Of a DNA stretch of 64,000 bases, positions 36,060 through 48,832 are shown piece by piece (within the stretch, counting starts at the first letter, position 1; each line of letters starts with the position of its first letter). The position numbers and the translations under genes were made by a program. Source of the stretch: Asterias rubens (taxonomy: Eukaryota). The notes beneath the pieces were generated by a model. It ran no database searches, was not told the origin of the DNA, and saw only the letters and a list, made by a program, of their open reading frames with translations. The DNA is taken from positions 14,384,001-14,448,000 of the forward strand of contig NC_047066.1 in NCBI RefSeq assembly GCF_902459465.1, in the 5' to 3' direction.

Positions 36060-39000
36060 ACAAACCAAAACAACTAAAACAATAGTATCATAGCATGCAC
36101 ATTACCCTAGTTCATGTACATTGTAGCTTTGGTTTTACTGGAAGTGAACACTGTAGATGTACCTTGTTTTTGATTTAGCAGAGAATCTGGACAAACAATT
36201 TCCTAATCCTGAATACAACCTTGAAGAGCATCCACAATCTGAAATGTCTGAAGCCAAAGGCAAAGGAGGCAATATGGCATGATGTACATTACGTTGTTTC
36301 AGAACAAAAAGGTTGTAAATCTCCTAAATTACTGTTTACGTGAAACGCTTGTGAAAATGTTTTTAAAAAATCAATGGAGGTTAAAGGAACACGTTGCCTT
36401 GGATCGGACGAGTTGGTCTATAAAAAGCGTTTGTAACTGTTTGTTATAAAATGCATTTGGTTGGAAAGATGTTTTAAAGGTAGAATACATACAAATTTGC
36501 CTCGAAATTGCGTGGTTTTCCTTTTACTTTGCGAACTAACACGGTCGGCCATTTATGGGAGTCAATATTTGACTTCCATTAGCCGACCGTGTTAGTCGAC
36601 GAGGTAAAAGGAAAACTGGCAATTTCGTGGCATGTTTGTGTGGATCATTGTATTCTACTTTTACAATATCTCATGCTTTTTATAACAAATGGTTACAAAT
36701 GCTTTTCAAAGACCAACTCGACCGCTCAAAGGCAACGTGTTCCTATAAGATGTTATGTTGTTCCACTGTGACTTTTATGCCAGATACAAATTTGTTGAGG
36801 AATCACGATTAGATACAAGACGAACTGTACAAATATACTCAATAACCAAAAATTACCTTGTTGCACCATGGTCGCATGGACACAACAATTTCATCAGTGA
36901 AGCAGATTATGATGTACTTTTATATTACACCGCTTGCTAGTTCTGTTTTCTGGTTGGCTGAAACACGGTCACATGCATGAGATTTACGCCACCAGGAACT
37001 AGACCCACATTGAGACATTGTGTGTACGCTTTGCAGGAAATAGTTCCATGTGTGGGCAATAGACTTATAATTTTTGACTGGTTACAGCGCCCTCTCTTGA
37101 CATGAATGATGGACTAGCAACTAAAAAGTTTCTTTCTTATTTCACATTTTTGACCCAAGGTGTTGTAAAACAAATTATGGACTGGCACATTATGGACCGG
37201 CCTAGTTCAGTAAATAGTGTACGTCTATTCCCCCTCGGGCCTGTGAGTGACCAGAGGAGGGACCTTTTTCCCTCAGCCTTCAGCCTTAGGAAATAGGTCC
37301 CTCTCCTGGTCACTCAAAGTCCCTTGGAGGAATAGACATGCAATATTTACCTCATTGCCAGTCAACAAGTGTTCAATAACATGTGAATGGCTTATAATGT
37401 ACAATATAGTTCAACATGCACTAAAAGGCATGGTTGTTCAATAAGGTCACTTTCATATTAATAGTTATTTTTTATTTTTAATGCCTGTAAATGGGAATCA
37501 GAATGTACTAAAACTACTGTTTAAATAAACTGATGATTATTGTAAATTTTCTTTTACTACTATTATTATATTAAAACATTCTATTTTGCTTGTACAATAA
37601 ATTGTGACTAAAACACAATTCATCTCTATCATCTGCTCTCACAGACCTGTTCACTTCGTTTTTGAAAAGGGCAAGGGCACCAAGGCATTTCTCCTTGGTA
37701 AGGGCACCATTAGCCAGGAGAAATTTTAGGTCATGCACAGTGTGGGATGTTCTTTGTGTATGAAAAGCCCGGCTCGTATATTCTGCGAATGTGAAGCGAA
37801 TTTTGACGTCGCAAGCTGTTTTCATGTTTTCATATTATTATGTTTCGCGTTGAGCAGGCGTTGTGGAGGCAAGTAACACAAAATTACTCGTTGTGAATTT
37901 GTGACGTCAAAATTTGTATCGCATTCACAGGAATGTACATGTATGAACCGGGCTTTATACACAGAATACTGTGAAACGGATAGGGATAGTGCAAGCTGCG
38001 CACAGGTGTGCAGAAATTGTGCAGGTGAAAATGTCACGCATCACAGTGATGTGTGATGACCGTGTCCATCCGCGACCCAATTAACACACCAGAGGGTGGG
38101 CAAGGGGGGGGGGGGGGGGCACTTTGAGGCAATCTGACACGTCTTACGACCTTGTCGCACGAGGCAACTATAGATGGAGACCAAGGACAAAACAGACACG
38201 GGAAAGTAAAAGGTCTTCACAGGGGAATTCTAAAGACTGGGCCCATGCTCTACACAAGGAAATTTTTGTGTAAAAATGTATGGGAAACTTGTGCAGGGAC
38301 AAAGGAAAGAACAAAAGCACGCTCTTGAAAACATACACTTCCAGACGATTAAGCTTTCAGAGTTTTGGTGGGAATAGAATATGCTGAGTTCCCTTGATGG
38401 GAAAATTATCTATAGCAAACTAAACAACAAATAAACAAGTAAACAAGCCTACAAACAACAAACCCTTTTTATTTTACTATCACTACATCAGCAATATTCT
38501 AGACCACAAAACTGTCTAATTACTTACAGACAAAAAGTGTTGGGCATAAAGTGTACAATAAGTGCATAAATTCCTTGATTCTATATTCTTGATGGCACCA
38601 TGCAGCATGAGATCATTTGTATGTCACAATAAATGTTTATTTATCGTAAAAAAAAAAATATCTGACAACAGAAAGATTTTGTTTTGTTTATAGTAATGTA
38701 ACAACGCACAATGAGTTGTCAGTAGTCACTGATCCATTAAAACACTAATGGAAACCCAACACAAACACACATTGTACTTTGTACACTCACTTGTAAAACA
38801 GTTGTCATGGTTATGGGTTACTATAAATACAGGCCTGGAATGTCATCTTTGAGAGGGCAAGGCCCTTTTCATTTTGTAAAAGTCACTTCCATTCCATTCC
38901 ATAGGAACCTTTTATTTGAAAGGGGCACCAAGGCTAAGACTAGAGAGCAGTAGATGCTATGGCCTCCACAGCCCTTCCAGGTCTGTGTACACGATAGGCG

Positions 39001-39475
39001 TAATTGTATTGTATACTGTACAGGTATACTACACTTGACAGTGACATCATTGGATCTATAAATAGAAAGGGGAATTTTCTTTCAGGGAGTGATGAGCAAT
39101 AATGCCAACTACAGTGTACATGGTACTATGGACTAGAGCATCACACAGACCCAGCACTAACAGTGTACAGTAAGCCAAGACAGAAGTCACAGCTTTGGGG
39201 TGAAAACTGATGAAGAAAGACCTCCAACAACACCAAGAAATTGCTTGAAACCTTACACAATCGTAAGTACTTGTTAGTCCATGAACTGTAGGGACAATTA
39301 TTTAGACTGAGGTAAAATAGTTTGCATGTGAATGTTGGCAAAGGTATACAATGTCACTGCCTTTGTTATCTTTTGTTATAACTTTTGTTATCTTCAGAAC
39401 CCCTTACGAGCTCCTTCCACACTAAATGAATATCCCAGAAAATTCCCTAGAAGATTTACTTGGCCTTTTCACACA

Positions 39476-39735
39476 CTTGAAATTCCTTGGGAAGGGAAAT
39501 TACTTTGAATTTTCATAACTCAAGCACGGATGACGTCATCATGACGTAACTTCAACGGTTTCTTCTCCTAATGAATTAACTATGTGCGAAGTTTCAAGTT
39601 CATACAACCTTGGGAAAGATGTTTTTGTGAGGGGACAAAGAAGATTCAGAAGAAGAAGAAGAAGAAGAAGTATTAAGAAGTAAAAAACTGAACAAAAATA
39701 AGAGGTGTTCCGGGCTGTTGGCCCGAACACCTAAT
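39476..39735 (+). mobile_element. Probable non-autonomous Helentron/DINE-1-like element in intron of copy 7
   Basis: Internal (gaa)n microsatellite followed by a GC-rich 3' hairpin aggtgttccgggc-tgttg-gcccgaacacct-aat. Absent from the homologous intron of copy 4. Confidence 0.5.
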
Positions 39736-40640
39736 AATAAAAACAAGGCTATAATTTTGACACAACATGGTGTGCTGTAGTACAGTAGCCCCATAACAAG
39801 TCATTCACAGAATGGTTAGTCTGACTACCCCCCCCCCCCCCTAAGTGCAGCAGCAAAACAATTGAGTCGTAGAGAATGTATTTGTTAAAAGATGTTTTTA
39901 TGATTGTAACTCAACAAAAAGGCAATACATACATTATAAATTTATTAAGTGTGTCGGGAAGTTTTTGTTGTGTGCAAAGGAAATTGCAGTTATTGCTGGC
40001 AAACAACTGTAGAAATGTTCACCTCTCAATGGCCATACATGTATTTAACAAGTTTAAGCGTTACATTAGCCCAAAATGTCGGACTCTTGTTTTTAAAAGT
40101 ACACTGTATGCTTGTGGGTGGGGTTAAGCCAACCCCCGGATTTGCATCTTGAGTGTATTTCCCGAGAAAATAGCATCAATTAGGAAAAACAAACATGGGG
40201 AGGTGGTGGGGTTATAAAAAAATTAAGGAATTTCCTTCTGTTTTTTTTTCTGGGAGTTGTTTTTGTAGTTGAAAGGGGCTCATTTAATTAATTAGTCAAA
40301 AGTTCTTGCCTTTTTGTTTTTCTTTCTTTTCTTTTTTCTTGTTTTGACCCTGGGATGCTTAAAGCACTCAATATTCAAACTATAATAACTGCCTGGCAAG
40401 CTGTTTCACAATTAAATGTGTAACTATTGAGAAGATCATAGAGTAAGGACAGAGGTGAGAAGATGAACAATGCAAAATTACGTACAAAATGTGTAAGAAC
40501 ATGGTTCCAGCACCTTGTATTTTGCGCAAGTACAATCACCTGAAATCATAACACATTGAAAGATACAATATGAGTAGATCGAACTAACAGTATAGTTAAT
40601 TGATATTTTTGCACCAACAGGGAAAGATCGTAACAAGCTC

Positions 40641-42635
40641 ATGTCAAAGATGGCTGCCAGTATCACAGTCACTTCAGTGCTTGATAAGATCAGTAAGGAT
40701 CATCTAGAATGTCCAATATGCACCAATCGCTTCATCAATCCAACAATGCTAGACTGTCTACACAGCTTCTGCTTCACATGCCTCAAGGAGCTTCACCAAC
40801 AAGATCCTAAAAACTCCATCCTACTGTGTCCTCTGTGCAGAAAGAAAACAACACTAGAAGACAACAAGGTTGACAGTCTACCTCAGGACTTTAAACTCAA
40901 TGCCCTGGTGGATGAGTTTACTGTTCAGGAGCAACTCATGGAGGGTCATGGGTCAGAGGTCAAATGTCAAGCCTGTGAAAGAGATCATACGGCTGTTTCC
41001 AGATGTATTGACTGTGACAATTTTATTTGCCAAGAATGTCAACAAGCACATCAGCATTTTGCTACCTTGAAATCACATAAGATCTACTCACTTGCTCAAC
41101 TGCAATCAGGTGTAGTAACTTACCGCAGTAAAATCAGGGAATACATTCCAAAGTGTGGCAAGCACAGTGATCAGACTCTCAACATCTACTGCAACACATG
41201 CCAGAAGTTAGAATGCACAACATGTACTGTTCTTGATCATGGAAATCCAAAACATGACCTTATTGGTATACCTGAGGCTTTAGACAAATGCAAACAGGAA
41301 GTCGCAGAGCTGGTTGCAATCGCTGAGAGTTGCAAGGCTGATATTCAAACTGCCATGGAACAAGCCAGTGAGTCTCGCAAGAAACTGGAATCTTCATATG
41401 CTGAAACCAATATGAAAATCTCCCAGAAGGCTGCCAAGGAGAGAGCAAAGATCACCGAAGAGGAAAAGCAGCTGAAGCAAGAGGCAGAGAGTGTTTACAA
41501 AGACAGAGTCCAGACATTTGAAACTGCAGAGGCAACCAACACAAAAGAAGTGACCCAGGTAGAGCACAAGCTGGATGAAGTGAATCAGTTCATGACCCAA
41601 GCAAGCTCTCACGAGATTATGGATTTCAAACTGAAACTTATAAACAATCTTGATGAACTAACTAAGAAACAAGGTGAGATTGTGTCTGACAGGCTTTCCT
41701 TTCTTGAGTTTGAAGAAGGTGAAAGGTCAGTGGGAAGACTGGTGCTGGAAGATGATCAACAAGCTAAAGCAGAGGCTCAGGCCAAGGAACATGAAACAAT
41801 CCATACAAAACAGGAGTGGAAACTGAAGGAAAGTGTTAGTAAAATTGGGAACACAATATTTAAGTGGGCGAAATCGGTTGCAGCTTTCTCCGACAATGAA
41901 ATAGTAGTACTAGATACAACACACAATGCATTGTTTTCATTAAAACCTCAATTAGCAGCAGACAAATCACAATCTACTCACTGCCTACAAAGATTAAAAG
42001 TCACAGGACTTACTAAACCAACAGCACTCACTGTGGACAATAATGATCACCTGTATGTGATTGACAAAAGAGAAGTCAAGGTTTTTAACAGGAAATATAT
42101 GCCCCTCTATCAGTTCCAACTAAGTGTAAGAGACTTCTCCCCATCATGCCTTGCAGTGGATGAAAACAATCTCATAGCAGTGGGTTATAAAGAAGGGCAG
42201 AAGATCTCACTCTACAACCCTGATGGATCACTCAGCAGAACATTCTCTACTAAAGTAAATGTACACTATTTGACTTCATACAAGGAGAGGATTATCTACA
42301 GCAGTAGAGGTGATACACATTTACACTCAGTTGATTATAAGGGTGGAAAGGTGTTCTCAGGAGATACTGATCAGTCTGAATCATCCTATGGTGTGTGCTG
42401 TGATAAAGATGGAAGTATCTTTGTTGCTCAATATAATAGGACAACACAAAACAATAGAATATGTCAGTACAGTCCTGATGGCATTGGATGTGTCATTGAG
42501 GATTGTGGTAACGCCTATGACATCACATTCACACCATCAGGCAATCTTGTAGTGGCAGCAAAAACATCAGTAAACATCTTCCAAGTTGTTTCCCGGTACA
42601 ACAGTAAGACCTCACCTTGGAACATGCTAAAGTGA
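40641..42635 (+). CDS. TRIM-NHL-like protein, copy 7 (664 aa; start could be 40650)
   Basis: Intact ORF with a mosaic propeller and a 2-aa deletion (SPDG--IGCV). Confidence 0.93.
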   Translation: MSKMAASITVTSVLDKISKDHLECPICTNRFINPTMLDCLHSFCFTCLKELHQQDPKNSILLCPLCRKKTTLEDNKVDSLPQDFKLNALVDEFTVQEQLMEGHGSEVKCQACERDHTAVSRCIDCDNFICQECQQAHQHFATLKSHKIYSLAQLQSGVVTYRSKIREYIPKCGKHSDQTLNIYCNTCQKLECTTCTVLDHGNPKHDLIGIPEALDKCKQEVAELVAIAESCKADIQTAMEQASESRKKLESSYAETNMKISQKAAKERAKITEEEKQLKQEAESVYKDRVQTFETAEATNTKEVTQVEHKLDEVNQFMTQASSHEIMDFKLKLINNLDELTKKQGEIVSDRLSFLEFEEGERSVGRLVLEDDQQAKAEAQAKEHETIHTKQEWKLKESVSKIGNTIFKWAKSVAAFSDNEIVVLDTTHNALFSLKPQLAADKSQSTHCLQRLKVTGLTKPTALTVDNNDHLYVIDKREVKVFNRKYMPLYQFQLSVRDFSPSCLAVDENNLIAVGYKEGQKISLYNPDGSLSRTFSTKVNVHYLTSYKERIIYSSRGDTHLHSVDYKGGKVFSGDTDQSESSYGVCCDKDGSIFVAQYNRTTQNNRICQYSPDGIGCVIEDCGNAYDITFTPSGNLVVAAKTSVNIFQVVSRYNSKTSPWNMLK

Positions 42636-45600
42636 ACAAACCAAAACAACTAAAACAATAGTATCATAGCATGCACATTACCCTAGTTCATGTACATTGT
42701 AGCTTTGGTTTTACTGGAAGTGAACACTGTAGATGTACCTTGTTTTTGATTTAGCAGAGAATCTGGACAAACAATTTCCTTATCCTGAATACAACCTTGA
42801 AGAGCATCCACAATCTGAAATGTCTGAAGCCAAAGGCAAAGGAGGCAATATGGCATGATGTACATTACGTTGTTTCAGAACAAAAAGGTTGTAAATCTCC
42901 TAAATTACTGTTTACGTGAAACGCTTGCCTTGGATCGGACGAGTTGGTCTATAAAAAGCGTTTGTAACTGTTTGTTATAAAATGCATTTGGTTGGAAAGA
43001 TGTTTAAAAGGTAGAATACAATGATCCACACAAATTTGCCTCGAAATTGCGTGGTTTTCCTTTTACTTTGCGAACTAACACGGTCGGTCATTTATGGGAG
43101 TCAATATTTGACTTCCATTAGCCGACCGTGTTAGTCGACGAGGTAAAACAAAAACTGGCAATTTCGTGGCATGTTTGTGTGGATCATTGTATTGTACTTT
43201 TACAACATCTTATGCTTTTTATAACAAATGGTTACAAACGCTTTTCAAAGACCAACTCGACCGCTCAAAAGGCAACGTGTTCCTATAAGATATTATGTTG
43301 TTCCACTGTGACTTTTATGCCAGATACAAATTTGTTGAGGAATCACGATTAGATACAAGACGAACTGTACAAATATACTCAATAACCCAAAATAACCTTG
43401 TTGCACCATGGTCGCATGGACACAACAATTTCATCAGTGAAGCAGATTATTATGTACTTTTATATTACACCGCTTGCTAGTTCTGTTTTCTGGTTGGCTG
43501 AAACACGGTCACATGCATGAGATTTACGCCATCAGGAACTAGACCTGCATTGAGACACTGTGTGTGTACGCTTTGCAGGAAATAGTTCCATGTGTGGGCA
43601 ATAGACTTATAATTTTTGACTGGTTACAGCGCCCTCTCTTGACATGAATGATGGACTAGCAACTAAAAAGTTTCTTTCTTATTTCACATTTTTGACCCAA
43701 GGTGTTATAAAACAAATTATGGACTGGCACATTATGGACTGGCCTAATTCAGTAAATAGTGTACGTCTATTCCCCCTCGGGCCTGTGAGTGACCAGAGGA
43801 GGGACCTATTTCCCTCAGCCTTCAGCCTTAGGAAATAGGTCCCTCTCCTGGTCCTGCAGGAATAGACATGCAATATTTACCTCATTGCCAGTCAACAAGT
43901 GTTCAACAACATGTGAATGGCCTATAATGTACAATATGTAGTTCAACATGCACTAAAAGGCACGTTTGTTCAATAAGGTCACATTCATATTAATAATTAT
44001 TTTAAATTTTTAATGCCTGTAAATGGGAATCAGAATGTACTAAAACTAAAATAAACTGATAATTATTGTAAATTTTCTTTTACAACTATTTTTATATTAA
44101 AACATTATATTTTGCTTGTCAAATAAATTGTGACTAAAACACAATTCATCTCTATAATCTGCTCTAACAGACCTGTTCACTTTGTTTTTGAAAGGACAAG
44201 GGCACCAAGGCATAAGGGCACCATTAGCCAGGAGAAATCTTAGGTCATGCACAGTGTGTACTTTGTGTATGAAAAGCCCTGCTCCTATGTACATGTACTT
44301 CCTGCGAATGCGAAGCGAATTTTGAAATCGCAAGCTGTTTTCATGTTTTGCAAATCACTTGTTGTTAATTTGTGACGTCAACAATTTTATTGCATTTGCA
44401 TTCGCAGGAAGTACGAATCTGGCTTTATACCACAGAGTACTGTGAAATGGTTTGGAATAGTGCAATCTGCGTACAGGTGCAGAAAGTTGTGCAGGTGGAA
44501 ATGTCACGCATCACGTTGATGTGTGATGAGCGTGTCCATCCGCACCCCAATTAACACACCTGAGGGTGGGCAAGGGGGGGGGGGGGGTGCACTTTGAGGC
44601 AATCTGACACGTCTTACGACCTTGTCGCACAAGGCAACTTTTACAGGCATCTATAGATGGAGACCAAGGAAAAAACAGACACGGGAAAGTAAAAGGTCTT
44701 CACAGGGGAATTCTAAAGACTGGGCCCGTGCTCTACACAAGGAAATTTTTGTGTAAAATGTATGGGAAACTTGTACAAAGGAAAGAACAAAAGCACGCTC
44801 CACAAGGATGCGTTTTGAGATTGCGTGGTCCTGTCTTCAGCATGCATTTATTGTAACAACCCTGGCTAGCTCAAAACAGCCACATCGACGCACTGAGTCC
44901 ACCATATATCTCACACCATGCATGCATGCACACAGTATAGCCTGGGTGGGTAGCGCAATAGTGCACTTGCAAAACAAACTAAACAAAAACAGATAAATAA
45001 CGGAGAAGAAAAAAAACCCACACCAATGCCTTGGTAAATTCTACTGTAGTGGGTACAGTGAATGGTCCCGCCATGATTTAGCACAAAGCACCCACAACAC
45101 CATCAGTGGGTGCCTCTTAATTTTCAATGATTGTTTATTCAGGCAAAATATCACCATGCACTGCCAGGAAATTATACAAAATCCAAGGCTTGTACATGAT
45201 CTGAGTAAATGTTGAAATGCAGTCAACCATTTTCTCATTGGTAAGAGTGTTTTCTCATTTTCATGCTACTTCGCATGAAAAGCAGTTTCTTTCTTGAGGA
45301 CAACACAAGAAATAATACAAAGAAGCACATTCTTTTGTTTCTATGAAATTTATTAATATTAAAGCATGGGGAAATTGCCGCGAACAAAACCCAATTGACA
45401 TGCTTGATTGATTGGGGGAGTGGAGCAGTAGGGTGGGCGCTGAAGGATGCACCAACTGTATAACAAACTCCAATAGAAACCAATGCTAAATGCTTACAAA
45501 ATACGTAACAAATGTTTAGGCCCTAATGTCTCTCAGCCTCTTAAAAAACAAAAAAAATATTTCCAGAAAAATAAATGAGCTTGATAAGATTTCTGGTGGG

Positions 45601-46069
45601 ACTTAAAACACTTCTGCCGTTGATGGCGCGCGTCACAATGTCAATGCTTTGACATCATGTATGGGAGTTTTCTTTGTTATACCTCTAGCTGCAACAGTTA
45701 CAAAGCGGCTACAAATTGAAGCTCCCAACTATGACGTAACATGAGTGATTTCGTAACGGCGCTTTTTGGGAATCTTTCAGAAAAGCGCTGGTTAAGGGTA
45801 TTCAAAATGATTGTTTTTTTTTACACGATTAAAATCTATTTATAGTCATACAGATATGACTTGATTTCCTTATTGATTGAAACATTTTAAATGAAATTCA
45901 GCAAAGTTCACGACTTGACATTTTCGTTCAACAGGTCTTTAAATTCACTATCAGCATTTCTGGACAAAGTTGCTTCTTAAGTTTCGCGCATTATCGGTCA
46001 CTCAGTGACGCTGTACTGTACAGTTTTTCTTGCAAGGTATCTGTGGGATTACATTTGAATTACATATGG

Positions 46070-46320
46070 TGGTTTACAATGTGCTGTGGTGCAATATGCT
46101 GCTGATCAGACCCTTCTCTTCAGGACTAGTGCCCTGGGTTCTTTTATGTGCATTACACACACACACAAGACCAAGGGCTTTATGTCCCATCCGAAGGACG
46201 CAGCAATAATAGTGTAGTGTCTCGCCAAAGGACACAAGAGTTCCGACTCTCGAACCCACACTCTGATAAACAGAAACACCAGAGCTTGAGTCGGGTGCTC
46301 TTATTTAGACCACGATACAT
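46070..46320 (-). mobile_element. tRNA-derived SINE
   Basis: Reverse complement of a tRNA-Leu-like head (…gagcacccgactcaagctctggtg…gtgggttcgaga…) plus the body catccttcggatgggac shared with the other copies. Confidence 0.8.
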
Positions 46321-46584
46321 CACTACTGTATACATGTGTGCACAATTTCTTTTTTCAAATTCTTCATGGCACCAGCTGAAGATAATCAGTACATGTCATA
46401 ATAAAAGTTTAATAATTAATCCTTTTTTAAATGCAATTCTGTCAACAGATGGCTGAAGAAAGCAGCGTTCTCCCTCAACAGTGGTCCGCTGGTTAAAGTT
46501 AAAACACTAGAGGACCAGTCAGAATTCACGCTATGTGGTCCAGCTGGCTAGCTTAGTTTAAAATGGTTTCAAAAGCTTCTTTAT

Positions 46585-46862
46585 TTCATTTGAAACATGC
46601 TTCCATTTTTTATGGCTACAGATCTTTTTCTTATGCCGCACCGTTTCTTTGGAATAGTCTTCACGTGCATTATCGCCAAGCTAATTCTTTACAATCTTTT
46701 AAGTCCCTGTTGAAAACTCAATTGTTTAAAGCTGCCTTTTTGTAATTTGCTTATTTGTATCTTGTATCTTTTTATCATTGTTTATTTTATTGTTCTCTTT
46801 ATGCGCTTAGAGGCTTTTTGCAATAGGCGCTTTACAAATGTCTTGTTATTATTATTATTAGT
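46585..46862 (+). mobile_element. 3' fragment of an L2/CR1-clade LINE
   Basis: Translation GYRSFSYAAPFLWNSL...SLQSFKSLLKTQLF matches the conserved ORF2 C-terminus of this clade, followed by a short 3' UTR and an (att)n tail. Confidence 0.8.
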
Positions 46863-47801
46863 GTAAAAGGTGATGGACTAGTGAAGTGCCAAGCTAGTAT
46901 AAACTGGTCCTGTTGGCCAATGGCCAGTCACTTCGAAATTTAAGGGATAACTCAGAAAAGATTGTGGTTGCTTGTAACTTCTATGGGAACCTTTTGAAAG
47001 GGCGTGAAGGCCAATACCAGAGGCAACAGAGGCGACGGCATCCGCAGCCTCCATAACTCCAGGCATCTTGTACATTGCACAGTGTTCAGACTTACATACA
47101 TCATGCGCATTACGCATAAGTGCATTACACTAACTGTCATGACTGGTGTACGTATGTACTTTGTTCATGTAAGGGCAAGGAAATTTATCTGTATGTCAAT
47201 ACACTGCATCTGCATAATGACAGAAACCTTGAAGTTGAATTGGAGCATTTCAAGGGGCACCAAGGCAATAACCTGGGGCATGAAGGCAATTGAGTTCATT
47301 GCTTTACTATGTCATGAAACATCATACATAATTTGTACAATGTACAGTATTAACAATGTACAAAATGTAGGTCTAAAATGCACTTTTTGGATGAAAATAT
47401 TGATAATTTTATACAAAGCAGGAAATACAGGAAATCATTTTTCCTCTTTGATCCATTAACATGTAAATCCTCAACTCTTTGGTCCAGCAATTAGCAATGA
47501 AATTAACGAGTATCTTCAGCTATGCATGAACAATACACAGTACCTCCCATTGTTTATACTGTAAATATACGCCATCTGTTCCAGCAGAGTTATCCTAGGC
47601 CTACTGCTTTGTTAACAATAACAGTCTGAATGCACACTCCAACTAATGCACCCCTGCTCCAATCAAAGCATTGTTAAAATTTCATGTCAACATCTTGAAT
47701 GATACGGTTAATGGTGTATCACTTGGTGTCAAGCACAGTGGACTCAAGCAGATTGCTGATCTTGACACTTGTGTCCTTGAGCGAGACACTTAACCATTAT
47801 T

Positions 47802-48103
47802 AAGAGAAACTATGTATAAATATAAATATGAATAGTAAGCTTGCGGGTACAACCATGAGTAAAATCTCTCTTGAAGGAGTGGTGGCTCTGAAAAGAGCCG
47901 GTTTGGTCTCAACAATTTGAACAGTATACTCTGCTCGTCTTCAGGAGCAGAGTATACTGTTCGAAACGTCGAGACCAAACCGGTTCTTTTCAGAGCCACC
48001 ACTCCTTCAAAAGAGATTTTACTCATGGTTGTACCCGCAAGCTCACTATTTATTTTTATAGTTTCTCCTATTCTCCAAACCCATGCAAAGCTTCAAACAC
48101 CAT
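47802..48103. mobile_element. Fold-back Penelope-like terminal-repeat insertion inside a SINE (~47715-48215)
   Basis: Arms ~130 bp (47804-47936 / 47945-48067), 8-nt loop; 12-bp TSD ttaaccattatt at 47790-47801 and 48104-48115; arms contain hammerhead core pieces. Confidence 0.8.
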
Positions 48104-48832
48104 TTAACCATTATTGCTTCATCCTTTGGATCGGGTGTATTGTAGAGCCTTTAGGCCCTCAGTGTTGTGTAAAATGCATTGTAAAAAGAAGAACCAACAT
48201 TGCAAAGAGATGGGCCAACAAAATTGAATCGTATTTATCAGATCCAAAGTAAATGTTTGCACATAATTTTGTTCTGTTCAGAAACAGAGCTACATGTAGG
48301 TATTGTTATTGAATTGTAAAATACAAGACCGTCGGACTTATCCGGGCTTATCCAGGCTTTACACTGTTAGATCAGTAAAAAAACTACGCAATTATTCATA
48401 TTTTAATTACATTTTTAATGTGCTAGGCATACATTGTACATGTTTTGAAGATAATGATAGTAGAAAGCGTCCCTTAAAATATTACTTGTTGAGGTGCTGT
48501 AGTTTTTTAGAAATTAGTAAAACTAAACACATCAACAGAAGTAAGTCCCCCCCCATAAGGTAAAACATTTTCCCAATACAACTATTTAAGAAATAATTCT
48601 ATGACATGTTTCCTAAGTGTTGTGTGAAAATGAAAGATGTGGTGGATTACATAAAGTGCCTACATGTACACTGCCAGCAACTGTTAGCAAAATCCAATTC
48701 TGAAATTTTCCTTTAAAGATGGCAATTTGTCTTTTCTTTTGATATCGTGATTGACTCAACGTCGTCGTTTAGAAGGAAAACTTTTGTAATCTTTCAACAA
48801 AAAACGTCGGAAATGTCACTGTTTTAACTAAG

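Larger units (their letters stand above)
1..46460 (+). repeat. Tandem segmental-duplication array of TRIM gene units (7 genes in the window; begins mid-unit, so it may extend left)
   Basis: The same intron, CDS and 3' flank blocks recur. The intron-start motif ctgaggtcaaatagtttgcatg occurs near 5, 6735, 12222, 19477, 33705 and 39308. Spacer homology persists, interrupted, to ~46460 (tcttcatggcacc...gtcaacagatggctgaagaaag). Confidence 0.95.
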
